A DNA stretch of 64,000 nt, from NCBI RefSeq assembly GCF_032191835.1, contig NC_083227.1:248001-312000 (forward strand), written 5' to 3'. The translations under genes were made by a program, and so were the position numbers. Within the stretch, counting starts at the first letter, position 1, and every line of letters begins with the position of its first letter. The stretch comes from Heteronotia binoei (lineage: Eukaryota). Positions 34,890 to 46,800 of the stretch are shown here, piece by piece. A model generated the notes under the pieces. It saw only the letters and a list, made by a program, of their open reading frames with translations. It ran no database searches and was not told the DNA's origin.

Positions 34890-37800
34890 ATGGCCTCCTG
34901 CGAGGGGGGCGTCATCGTCCTCGACCCCCCGTCCCCCGCCCCGCACCCCCCGCCGCCCGCCGGCAAGGACCCCGCCAGCCTCCGCAGCCACAACCGCCGC
35001 CTCTTCCAGGAGGTCAGCAGGCCGGGGGGGGAGGGAGGGGGCTCCAGGCCCCGCCGGGAGGGTGGCAACCCCAGGAGATGGGAGGGGCTTCAGCCACAGG
35101 CTCCACCCTCCAGATAAGCCAGGCCGCCCTCCCTCCCTCACAGGGAGCACTCCAGGCCCCGCCGGGAGGGTGGCAACCCCAGGAGATGGGAGGGGCTTCA
35201 GCCACAGGCTCCGCCCTCCAGAGCAGCCAGGCCGCCCTCCCTCACAGGGAGCTCTCCAGGCCCTGCCGGGAGGGTGGCAACCCTGGGAGACAGGGGAGGG
35301 GCTTCAGCCACAGGCTCCGCCCTCCAGAGCAGCCAGGCCGCCCTCCCTCCCTCCCAGGGAGCTCTCCAGGCCCCGCCGGAAGGGTGGCAACCCCAGGAGA
35401 TGGGAGGGGCTTCAGCCACAGGCTCCGCCCTCCAGATAAGCCAGGCCTCCCTCCCTCACAGGGAGCACTCCAGGCCCCGCCGGGAGGGTGGCAACCCTGG
35501 GAGACAGGGGCGGGGCTTCAGCCACAGGCTCCGCCCTCCAGAGCAGCCAGGCCGCCCTCCCTCCCTCACAGGGAGCTCTCCAGGCCCTGCCGGGAGGGTG
35601 GCAACCCTGGGAGACAGGGGAGGGGCTTCAGCCACAGGCTCCGCCCTCCAGAGCAGCCAGGCCGCCCTCCCTCCCTCACAGGGAGCTCTCCAGGCCCCGC
35701 CGGGAGTGTGGCAACCCCAGGAGACAGGGGAGGGGCTTCAGCCACAGGCTCTGCCCTCCAGAGCAGCCAGGCGCCCTCCCTCCCTCACAGGGAGCTCTCC
35801 AGGCCCCGCCGGGAGGATGGCAACCCCGGGAGACAGGGGAGGGGCTTCAGCCATAGGCTCCGCCCTCCAGAGCAGCCAGGCCGCCCTCCCAGGGAGCTCT
35901 CCAGGCCCCGCCGGGAGGATGGCAACCCCAGGAGACAGGGGAGGGGCTTCAGCCATAGGCTCCGCCCTCCAGAGCAGCCAGGCCGCCCTCCCAGGGAGCT
36001 CTCCAGGCCCCGCCGGGAGGATGGCAACCCCAGGGGACAGGGGAGGGGCTTCAGCAGGTGCAACACCATAGGCTCCGCCCTCCAGAGCAGCCAGGCCGCC
36101 CTCCCTCCCTCCCAGGGAGCTCTCCGGGAGGATGGCAACCCTGGGAGACGCAACCCCATAGGCTCCGCCCTCTAGAGCAGCCATGTTTCTGTTGGGGAGC
36201 TGGTCTCTGCCAGCTGGAGAGCAGTGGTCGAGAGCCAGTTTGGTGTAGTGGATAATTGAGTGGACTCTTATCTTGGAGAACTGGGTTTGATTCCCCACTC
36301 CTCCACTTGCAGCTGCTGGAATGGCCTTGGGTCAGCCATAGCTCTCTTATCTGGGAGAATCGGGTTTGATTCCCCACTCCTCCACTTGTACCTGCTGGAA
36401 TGGCCTTGGGTCAGCCAGAGCTCTGGCAGAGGTTGTCCTTGAAAGGGCAGCTGCTGGGAGAGCCCTCTCCAGCCCCATCCACCTCACAGGGTGTCTCTTG
36501 TGGGGGGAGAAGATATAGGAGATTGTAAACTGCTCTGAGTCTCTGATTTAGGGAGAAGGACAGAGTATAAATCTGCAATTCTTCTCTCAGCCCCACCCAC
36601 CTCACAGGGTGTCTGTTGTGAGGGGAGAAGATATAGGAGATTGTAGGCTGCTCTGGTCTCTGATTCAGGGAGAAGGGCAGGGTATAAATCTGCAATTCTT
36701 CTTCTTCAAAGCATCAGATCTCCAGGCCCCACCTGGAGGCTGGCAACCCTAGCTGGGGATCTTGGGGGTGGAGCCAGGAGAGGGCAGAGTTGGGGTGTCA
36801 AGTTCTGTACAATTCTTATTAACTCAGTCTCTTGGATATAGTTCAAATAAGGCTTAAGTGAGCATCCCATTTAGGGGGGAGGGTTTTGTGAGTTTACTGC
36901 ATTGTGCAGGGGTTAGACTAGAGGACCCTGGAGGTCCCTCCCAACTCTTCTATGATTCTAACAGGCTTCCTCGGGAGGTGGTGGGCTCTCCTTCCTGGGA
37001 GGTTTTTCAACAGAGGCTGGATGGCCACCTGACAGCAATGTGGACCCTGTGAATTGAGGGGGAGAGGTTTGTGAGTTTCCTGCATTGTGCAGGGGGTTGG
37101 ACTAGATGACCCTGGAGATCCCTTCCAACTCTAGGATTCCTGACTGTTAGAGCGTTCCTCAGTGGAATAGGCTTCCTCCTTGGGAGGTGGTGGTCTCTCC
37201 TTTCTTGGAGGTTTTCAACAGAGGCTAGAGGGCCATCTGACAGCAATGAAGATTCTGTGAATTTAGGGGGAGGGGTTTGTGAGTTTAGAGCGGTTCCTCA
37301 GTGGAACAGGCTTCCTCCTGGGGAGGTGGTGGGTTCTCCTTCCTTGGAGGTTTCTCAACAGAGGCTAGATGGCCATCTGACAGCAATGCGGATCCTGTGA
37401 ATTGAGGGGGAGGGGTTTGTGAGTTTCCTGCATTGTCCAGGGGGTTGGACTAGATGACTCTGGAGGTCCCTTCCACCTCTATGATTCTATAATTAGCAAG
37501 AACTTCCTGACCGTTAGAGCGGTTCCTCAGTGGAACAGGCTTCCTCCTTGGGAGGTGATGGGCTCTCCTTCCTTGGAGGTTTTCAACAGAGGCTAGATGG
37601 CCACCTGACAGCAATGAAGATCTTGTGAATTTAGGGGGAGGGGTTTGTGAGTTTCCTGCATTGTGCAGGGGACTGGACTAGATGACCCTGGAGGTCCCTT
37701 CCAGCTCTATGATTCTGTGCTCATGTTCACAGTCAAGATGTTCTTTGTTAGAGCTGACCAACAAAGAGCTGCATTCTACTCTCCCCCAGCCAGTTAACAG

Positions 37801-40800
37801 ATAAGCGAGGTGAGCGTGGGAAGAGAATTCCAGAGGTCTTCTCAGACAGGCCCTCCAGATAAGGGATGACCTTCGCAGCTGAGCTGTGGAATGTGCCTGA
37901 GCCCCTTCTGTCGGCAGGGCAGAGGGAGTTCTTCCTTGACACGCAGGCCTTGTGCAAAAAGCAGAGCTGCCCCAGTGGTGCCTGCAGTCGTGGCAAGAAC
38001 CCGTTCTTGACGTTGGGGAGGGGCTTCCATGTGGCACTCTGGCACAGGTCCCCCCTCCAAAGCTGGAGAGATCTCCAGGCCCCCCCTGGAGGCTGGCAAC
38101 CCTCTGTGGGCCCAGCAAGGTGTGCCTTCTGCACCCCCTCCCTGCACCTTCCCCTCCTCCTCCTCCTCCTCCCGGATGCTGCTGGGGCAGCTGCGCTTTC
38201 GGCCTGCTGGGTCTCGGGCCGGCGGCAGCTCCAGGGTGGGGAGCTCCTGGGGGTGTGGGGCTGGAGCCTGGGGAGTGCAGGGACCTCCTCTGTGGGGTGC
38301 CCTCCAGAGACACTGCAGCCTGCAGGTGAGCTGCCTCCCTTGCTCTGCTCAGCGTGGGGAGCGGGTGGGGAATGCCCGCCTCTTGAGTCGGGGGCCGTTG
38401 GGGGCCTGTCTGGTTGTGTGCCCATCGCAGCTGGAATGTCCTGTCGTGTTCAGGATCCTGAGGTGGCTTTGGATCGGGGTTCTGCCCGGGAGACGGTTCC
38501 CCCACAAGGCTGCTTGCTGTGAAGGGGAAGGACGGCTGGGCAGGGCTGGTGAGGGGCAAGAGGGCGGTGCTGTGCCAGGCGGTTCCCCCCCCCCCCCCCG
38601 CTTTGCTGCCCGGGTGGGTTTTCTCTTCTGGCTGCCGTGGCACCGTCCGGAGCCCTGCTTGCAGTAGAGGCTTGGCTGTTCAGTTGCCTGGGAAGCGGTG
38701 TGGTGTCTTTCTGGGGCGAGACTTTGAGAGGGGGCTTGTCTCTCGGAAGGGAAGAGGTCACAGGGCTCGCTGGTGGAGGACGCTTTGGGGAGGGGGTCTT
38801 GCTGTCCGTTCTCGAGCTCAGGTGAAGTAACAGGCCCCCCTCCCCCATTTCTGGGCAAGGGGGCTTGGACTCGGAAGGGTAGAATCACAGCATTGGAAGG
38901 GTCCCAGGGCCATCTAGTCCAGCCCCCTGCACAGGGCAGGAAATTCTCAAGTATCACTTTCACTCACAGACCCACCGTGACCCTTTTCCAGGCTCAGAAG
39001 AAGGCAAAACGGGAGGGACGGTGGCTCAGTGGTCAAGCATCAGCTTGGTAAGGAGAAGGTCCCAGGTTCAATCCCCGGCATCTCCAACTCAAAAGGGTCC
39101 AGGCAAATCTGAGTGTAAAACCTCAGCTGGAGACCCTGGAGAGACGCTGCCAGTCTGAGTAGACAAGACTGACTTTGAGGGACGTAGGGGGGTCTGATTC
39201 AGTAGAAGGCAGCTTCAGAGGTTCATATTATTTAGGGGAGGGACAGTGGCTCAGTGGCAGAGCATCTGCTTGGTAAGCAGAAAGGTCCCAGGTTCAATCC
39301 CCGGCATCTCCAACTCAAAAGGGTCCAGGCAAATAGGAGTGAAGAGTGAAAAACCTCAGCTGGAGACCCTGGAGAGCCGCTGCCAGGCTGAGAAGACAAG
39401 ACTGACTTTGAGGGACCCAGGGGGGTCTGAGGCAGCTTCATATGTTCATGTTAAAAAAAAAAAAATCCTCCAGGATCCCTGTCAAAACTGACCTGGAGAA
39501 ATGCTCAGCAGTTGTTGCTTGACCCCGCAGTGGTGACCAGCATTTCCCTGGGCATGCAAGAAGGGGCCACGAGAATGAAGCCCTGGGGCAAGCAGCCCCT
39601 CCTGCCTCATTCACAAGATCCTCATCGCTGTCAGAGGGCCATCGAGCCTCTCTTTAGAAACCTCCAAGGAAGGAGGTCCCACCACCTCCCAAGGAGGAAG
39701 CCTGTTCCACTGAGGAACCGCTCTAGCGGTCAGGAATCTTAGAGTTGGAAGGGACCTCCAGGGTCATCTAGTCCAACCCCTGCACAATGCAGGAAACTCA
39801 CCAACACCTCCCCCTAAATTCACAGGATTCTCATTGCTGTCAGAACGCTTGGGGCTCTTTAGCTTGGAGAAACATCGACTGCGGGGTGACATGATAGAGG
39901 TTTACAAGATAATGCATGGGATGGAGAAAGTAGAGAAAGAAGCCCTTTTCTCCCTTTCTCACAATACAAGAACTCATGGGCATTCGATGAAATTGCTGAG
40001 CGGTCAGATTAAAATGGATAAAAGGAAGTCCTTCGTCAGCCAAAGGGTGATTAACATGTGGAATTCACTGCCACAGGAGGTGGTGGCGGCCACAAGCATA
40101 GCCACCTTCAAGAGGGGGTTAGATAAAAATATGGAGCAGAGGTCCATCAGTGGCTATTAGCTGCAGTGTGTGTATATATGTATATGTGTGTGTATATATA
40201 TATAATTCTTTTTTGGCCGCTGTGTGACGCAGAGTGTTGGACTGGATGGGCCATGGCCTGATCCAACAGGGCTTCTCTTATGTTCTTAGCCTCTGCTTAA
40301 AAACCTCCAAGGAAGGAGAGCCCACCACCTCCCCAGGAGGAAGCCTGTTCCACTGAGGAACTGCTCTAGTGGTCAGGAAGTTCTTCCTAACGTTCAGCCC
40401 GAAACTTCTGATTTACTTTCAACCCGCTGGTTCTGGTCCTCCCTTCCGGGGCACAGAAAACAATTCCGCCCCCTCCTCTGTAGGGCAGCCCTCCGAGTGC
40501 GTCCTTGCTTATGGCATCCCCTGATGGGCAGCGTGAGATCGCCCTGCGCAGCGTGTTGCCCTAGAAGCGCTCCTGGGCTTGACTGTGGCTGTTCTGCTGT
40601 CTCGGCCCTTCCCTGTGTGCTGCTGCCTTTCTGCCCCGGGAAGAGAGTTGCTCGTTGCCTTGTCTGGCTGCTGGGAAGCGGGAAGTGTGGCCCCAGAGGA
40701 GCCGGGGGGGGGGGTGGAGCGTCCTGCCTGAGCACCTGCAGCTCAGGCGGGTGAGGCCTGGCCGCCTCGGGCACTTCTTCCATGGCAGGAGAGGAGAGAA

Positions 40801-43800
40801 GGAAGCTGGCTGCCGCCTGCTGGCTATCCGAGGCTTCTGGGGCGTGTGTGTGTGCGGCTGCAGGTCCTCAAAGCGTCTGTGTGTCAGGAGCTGTGCAGCG
40901 CCTTGTCTTGTGTGTCTTGAGTGCAGCGTGGGTGAGAGGCCTCTGCCCCTCCACACTCCCCCTGGAACTTGAAAGAGGAGAGCGGCCAGCTGGTCCCAGT
41001 AAGGCTCTGTGATCCTCCCAAGTCACCTCCAGGGATGTTTCTCTTCCAAGGGGACTCCTCTTCGAAGGGCTCTGTGGATATTAGAGGGGCCTGCTGGGAG
41101 GGGAGGAAAAGCCCCCGCTTCCCGGGGCTATTTCGTGGGTGCCGATACTCTTCGGTTTTCCTTCGGGCGGGCAAGCCGTCTGGAGGGGAGAGCGGTCTCA
41201 TCACAACCCTCGCGCTGTGCTTGTCTGGCAGCTGCAGTGTGGCTTGCTGGATTCCTGGGGGTCAGGGAGGGTTTTGCCCCCTCCCCTCATTCTGGCGTGC
41301 TCTGAGTTGCCTTTCCCCCTCCCCTGCAGTTTGTGGACTTCTGCTCGCAGCACACGAAGGAGCACCCGGAGGTGATGACGTACCTGGCCGGCCGCCACCA
41401 GAAGACCACCCCGCAGTTCCTGGCCTCCGTGGAGTTCTGCAACGTCCTGGGCCGCTGCCTGAGCCGCGTGCAGGCCAAGCGCAGCAAGGTCTACGTCTAC
41501 ATCAACGAGCTGTGCACGGTCTTCAAGGCCCACTCCCAGAAGAGGAAGCTGCCCCTGAGCTCCTCCGCCCCCGCAGAGCCCCCCGAGGCCTCCTCTGCCC
41601 CCGCAGACCCCGCAGAGCCGCAGGCCGAGCCCCCGGAGCGGCGGAGGGGCTCCAAGCGGCAGATCCGGTACTTGGAGAACCTGCTGCAGGTCTACGCGGT
41701 GGAGATCCGGCGGCTGCAGGAGCGGGAGCTGGACTTGGAGGAGCTGGACCGCGAGGACTCGGCCTACCTGCAGGAGAACCGCCTGAAGCGGCGCATGATG
41801 CGCATCTTCGAGCGCCTCTGCGAGCTGAAGGACTGCAACAGCCTGACGGGGCGCGTCATCGAGCAGCGCATCCCCTACCGGGGGACCCGCTACCCGGAGG
41901 TCAACCGCCGCATCGAGCGCCTCATCAACCACCCGGAGGCCTTCCCCGACTACAACGACATCCTGAAGGTGGTGCTGAAGGCCAATAGCCGCCACAGCCT
42001 GGGCCTGCCCAAGCGCCAGATGGAGAGCATGGCCGCAGACGCCTTCCGCGAGGTGGGCAACCGCCTGCAGGAGCGCCGCCACCTCGACCTGGTCTACAAC
42101 TTCGGCAGCCACCTCACCGACCAGTACCGGCCAGGTGAGCCGGGGGAGGGGGGAGGCGGGGAGCTCTGCCACTGGGCGGCACGAGCATCACTGGCCTCTC
42201 CAGCCTTCTCCCAGCAGTGGAGGGGCGGAGCGGAGGGGCTGTCGTGCCAGTGGAGGGCAGTGCCAGGCTCAGCGTTGCCCCCAAAGGCCGCAGCAGTGGG
42301 ACCTTGGCTCAGATGAGGGGGCAAAGCAGACGGGAGTTGGAAGGGAGAATTAGGAAGGTCACTGCTGGATACCAGGGCAACTGAGACCAGGAGATAGATA
42401 AGCTAAGGTTTGTGTAGAGCCCCGTGGTGCAGAGCGGGAAAGCTGCAGTACTGCAGTCAGAGCCCTCTGCTCATGACCTGAGTTCGATTCCGGCAGAAGC
42501 TGGTTCAGGTAGCCGGCTCCAGGTTGACTCAGCCTTCCCTCCTGCCGAGGGTCAAAGGAGTCCCCAGCTTGCTGGGCAGAAAGTGCAGAGGACTGGGGAA
42601 GGCAATGGCAAACCACCCCGTAAAAAGTCTGCCGTGAAAACGTTGTGAAAGCAGCGTCACCCGAGTCAGAAATGTCTGGTTCTTGCACAGGGGTCTACCT
42701 TGACCTTTTTAAGGTTTGTGTGTGTACCCAGGCAGGCACGTCTGTTGTTTATGGTTGGCGTTTCTCACTGGCTCTAAAGGCGGATGACACGGAGTACGTT
42801 AATGCAGTCGGTGGGGTGCGACTTTTGTTGAACAGCGAAGTGGGTTTGGGGTTGTTGAGCCAAGCAGAAATCTTAACAAAACTGAACTGAAGCAAAACCA
42901 AAGCATCGCCATGACCCTCGGCCCGAGAAGGTCTGGGGGGCTGTTCTGCAAATGTTCGGCAGGCACACCTCCTGTGGAAGACAGTTCCAGAATTGTGGAG
43001 CTGCCACTGAAGAGGCCCTGTCTCATGTGCCCACTGAAGGGCTTCTTTGGTCGATGGGACAGTCAGGAGACCCCCTCCCTCCCTGTGCTCTTAAATCGCT
43101 TCTGCCTTGGAGGAGTCTTGCAACTCCTCCAAGGCAGAAATGCAACGAAGAGTTGCGGAGTTGCAACAAAGAGCTTACATGTCTCCCTCTCTAGTCTTAC
43201 AGCCTTCCTTGAAGGTCTTGAGATCTTTTCCTTTGCTGGCAGGTTCTGGCGAGATCCCTGCCCTAGCCATGGGGAGGGGGGGGGGGGTTCCTGGCTGGAG
43301 GTGGCACCTGAGTGGGGCGCTTGTTTCCACCCCCGATTCTGCTCTCAGGGACGCTGGGGTCTGCTGAGTCAGGCCCCTCCAGCTCTCTGTTGCCTGCTCA
43401 GCGTGGCAGCCGCTCTTTCTCCAGGGTCCCTCTCAGGCAGAGAAGGGCCTTTCCTGCCCGCTCCTTTGCCCTGGAGGTGCTGCTGCCGCCGGGGGTTGAA
43501 GCAGGGACCTTCTGCCTGCCACGGAACCGCCGCCCTCGTGGCTGTGGGTTGGATCCCACCCGCAGCGTCTTGGAGGCTCAGGGCCCCGGAACCTCTTTTC
43601 TGCCTCTCCGCAGGCTCAGACCCCGCCCTGTCGGACAGCGAGCTGGCCCGCCGCCTGCGGCACAACCGGGAACAGGCCCTGCAGCGGCTGGAGCAGGTGG
43701 TCTCGCACTACACGCAGCTGCAGGACAAGAGCGAGGAGGACGAGTGGCGCCGGAAGCGGGGGCAGACCCCCAGCAGCGCTGCCGCCCGCCAGAAGGGGGA

Positions 43801-46800
43801 GCCGGCCTCTCCCAACTCCTCCTCGGGGGCTGCCGGCCCAGAGGTAAGGGGGTGTCCCTTGTGGGGGGGTGTCCTGCAGGAGGGCCAGTGGGGGCGCGCT
43901 GCCCTTTGCTGGCGCCTCGGGAGCAGGAGAGCCTTGCTGCGTGGCCCCTTCCCTGCCTGGCCTTCTGGGGTTCTCTGCGGGAGCAAAGGCAGAGGGACTT
44001 GGGAGGGGGCGGGAAGGGCTGCTGCCCCTTAGAGGAGGGGGCAGGGAGCTGAGGACTCGCAGTCCCGACTCTGCATGAGGGGCAGGAAGGTTCCGGCTGG
44101 CTCTTTGCAGTCCGAGCTCCTCAGCAGTGGAAGCAGCTCTGGTGGGAGGTGGTGAGCTTGCCCCCCTCCCGGGAAGTCTTGAAGCAGCAGCTGGACACAC
44201 CTGGGCAGGGCGGCTGTAGGCCAAGGGGTGGCCGAACTGGCTCAACAGAAGAGCCACAGAGAAGAAATGTTGGGTGTTGGAGAGCCGGAAGGGAAAGGAA
44301 AGGTCCCCTGGGCAAGCAGCAGCCCTCTCCCGCTCGGGGGTGACGCTGCTTTCACAATGTTTTCACGGCAGACCATTTTTTTACGGGGTGGTTTGCCCCT
44401 GCCTTCCCCAGTCCTCTCCACTCCCCCCCCCCCAGCAAGCTGGGGACTCCTTTGACCGACCTCAGAAGGATGAAAGGCTGAGTCAACCTGGAGATGACTA
44501 CCCAAACCAGCTTCCACTGGGATCGAACTCGGGTCGTGAGCAGAGGGCTCCGACTGCAGGACTGCAGCTTTCCCACTCTGCGCCACGGGGCTCTAACTTA
44601 GGAAGGAAGGAAGGCAAATAGATGGGAAGGGGGGAAAGAAATAAATTTTGATCTTAAATACACTCTCCAAGCTGCCAGCTGGCTTGGCTTGGAGCAGTGC
44701 TTTCAAGAGGAGAAGAAGATAGAAGAAGATATTGGATTTCTATCCCGCCCTCCACTCCGAAGAGTCTCAGAGCGGCTCACAATCTCCTTTCCCTTCCTCC
44801 CCCACAACAGACACCCTGTGAGGTGGGTGGGGCTTGAGAGGGCTCTCACAGCAGCTGCCCTTTCAAGGACAACCTCTGCCAGAGCTATGGCTGACCCAAG
44901 GCCATTCCAGCAGCTGCAAGTGGAGGAGTGGGGAATCAAACCCGATTCTCCCAGATAAGAGTCCACACACTTAACCACTACACCAAACTGGCTCTCCGCC
45001 CAACAGTGCCTTCTCCAAGCCGCTCAACAGGGCAGGAGAGCTGCACAGTGTGGGTGAAAGAGCCGCATGTGGCTCCCGAAATACAGTTTGGCCACCCCAG
45101 TCTAGGCTGAGCAGGGGGTTGGACTAGATGGCCTCTGTGCCCCTTCCCACTCCCTGATTCTTCCTGGGCCTGGCTGGGGGAGGGAGGGAGGGAGGGGGGC
45201 GTCTGCCTGTGTGCTCACTGCCAAGGTGCGGGGGGCTGGGTGGTGGAGCCGGCCAGAGCTGCCCTCTCGTGTGTGCGGCATCTCCTCCACCAGGAAGACT
45301 GGCTTGGCTGCAGGGGGGGAGAAATGCTGGGGCAGCAGTGGAGAGGGAGACGGGGCTGGCACCAGCTGCAAACAAGGGGGGCGCACAGAGAAGCTCTGGA
45401 GAAGGGGCAGGCGGTGGAAGCTGCTGATATGCCCTCCCCCCCCCCCATTTCGTGCTGGCCTTGGGTCAGCAAGAGCTCTCTTATCTGGGAGAACCGGGTT
45501 GGATTCCCCATTCCTCCACTTGCAGCTGCTGGAATGGCCTTGGGTCAGCAAGAGCTCTCTTATCTGGGAGAACCGGGTTGGATTCCCCACTCCTCCACTT
45601 GCAGCTGCTGGAATGGCCTTGGGTCAGCCATTGCTCTCACAGAGTCGTCCTTGAAGGGGCAGCTTCTGTGAGGGCTCTCTCAGCCCCACTCGCCTCACAG
45701 GGTGTCTGTTGTGGGGGAGGAAGGTAAATGAGATGGTGAGCCGTTCTGAGATTCAGAGTGTAGGGCGGGATATAAATCCAATTTCTTCTTGTTGTGGAAG
45801 TGCCGGGCCTTTCCTCCCCAGGGCTTATTCCAGAGTGAAGCGCCTGTCCCAGGTTGCGGAGGGTGGGTGGGTGGGTGGGGAGGAGAGAGCACGGAAGGGC
45901 GTGGGTGCATGACATGATCCCCTCCCCCCCCCCGATTCTTCTCCCCAGGGCAGACTCAGTCCCAGAGCGGCCAGAAAGACTTCGAAGGCAGACGAGGAAG
46001 AGGAGGACGAGGAGGAGGAGGAGGAAGAAGAGTCCTCCTCGGAGTCCGACCTTGAGGCGGAGCTGGAGAAGAGCTTGGAGGGCGGAGAGGAGGAGGAGGA
46101 GGAGGAGGAAGGCCCGGGCCCAGGTGGGTTGTGGGGGAGGGCAGGACAGCCAGCCACAGACCTCCCCCCTCCAAGCTGAGCTCTTCTGCTGAGAAGCCCC
46201 TCCCCCCACACCAGCCCAGCCACCTTTTCCACCTCACAGCTGTGGCCGAAGCAGCTCAGCTTCCTCTCTGACTAGAAGCCCTTTCTTGCGGTGCTTGTTA
46301 GATGTGCCATGAAGGGTTGAGAGGGCCTGGGAGCTGCCACAGAGCCGCCCCCCCCTCAGGGTGGCTTCCTCCCCCCCCTTCCTGGCAGGGCTGCTTCTGC
46401 CACAGCAGTCATTGCAGGGGGGGCGCTCAAGAGAGGGCCCAGCTAAGCCGATGGACCAAAAACAGAAGAACATGAGAAGCCTTGTTGGGTCAGGCCAGTG
46501 GCCCATCCAGCCCAACACTCTGTGTCACGTAAGAACGTAAGAGAGGCCATGTTGGATCAGGCCAGTGGCCCCTCCAGCCCAACACTGTGTCACATAAGAA
46601 TATAAGAGAAGCCATGTTGGATCAGGCCAGTGGCCCCTCCAGTCCAACACTCTGTGTCACATAAGAACATCAGAGAAGCCATGTTGGATCAGGCCAATGT
46701 CCCCTCCAGCCCAACACTCTGTCACATAAGAACATCAGAGAAGCCATGTTGGATCAGGCCAATGGCCCCTCCAGTCCAACACTCTGTGTCACATAAGAAC

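Noticed and set aside
34637-36175. 512-aa ORF and overlapping ORFs
   Set aside because: They run through the DAXX intron 1 minisatellite and are GC-rich repeat artefacts.
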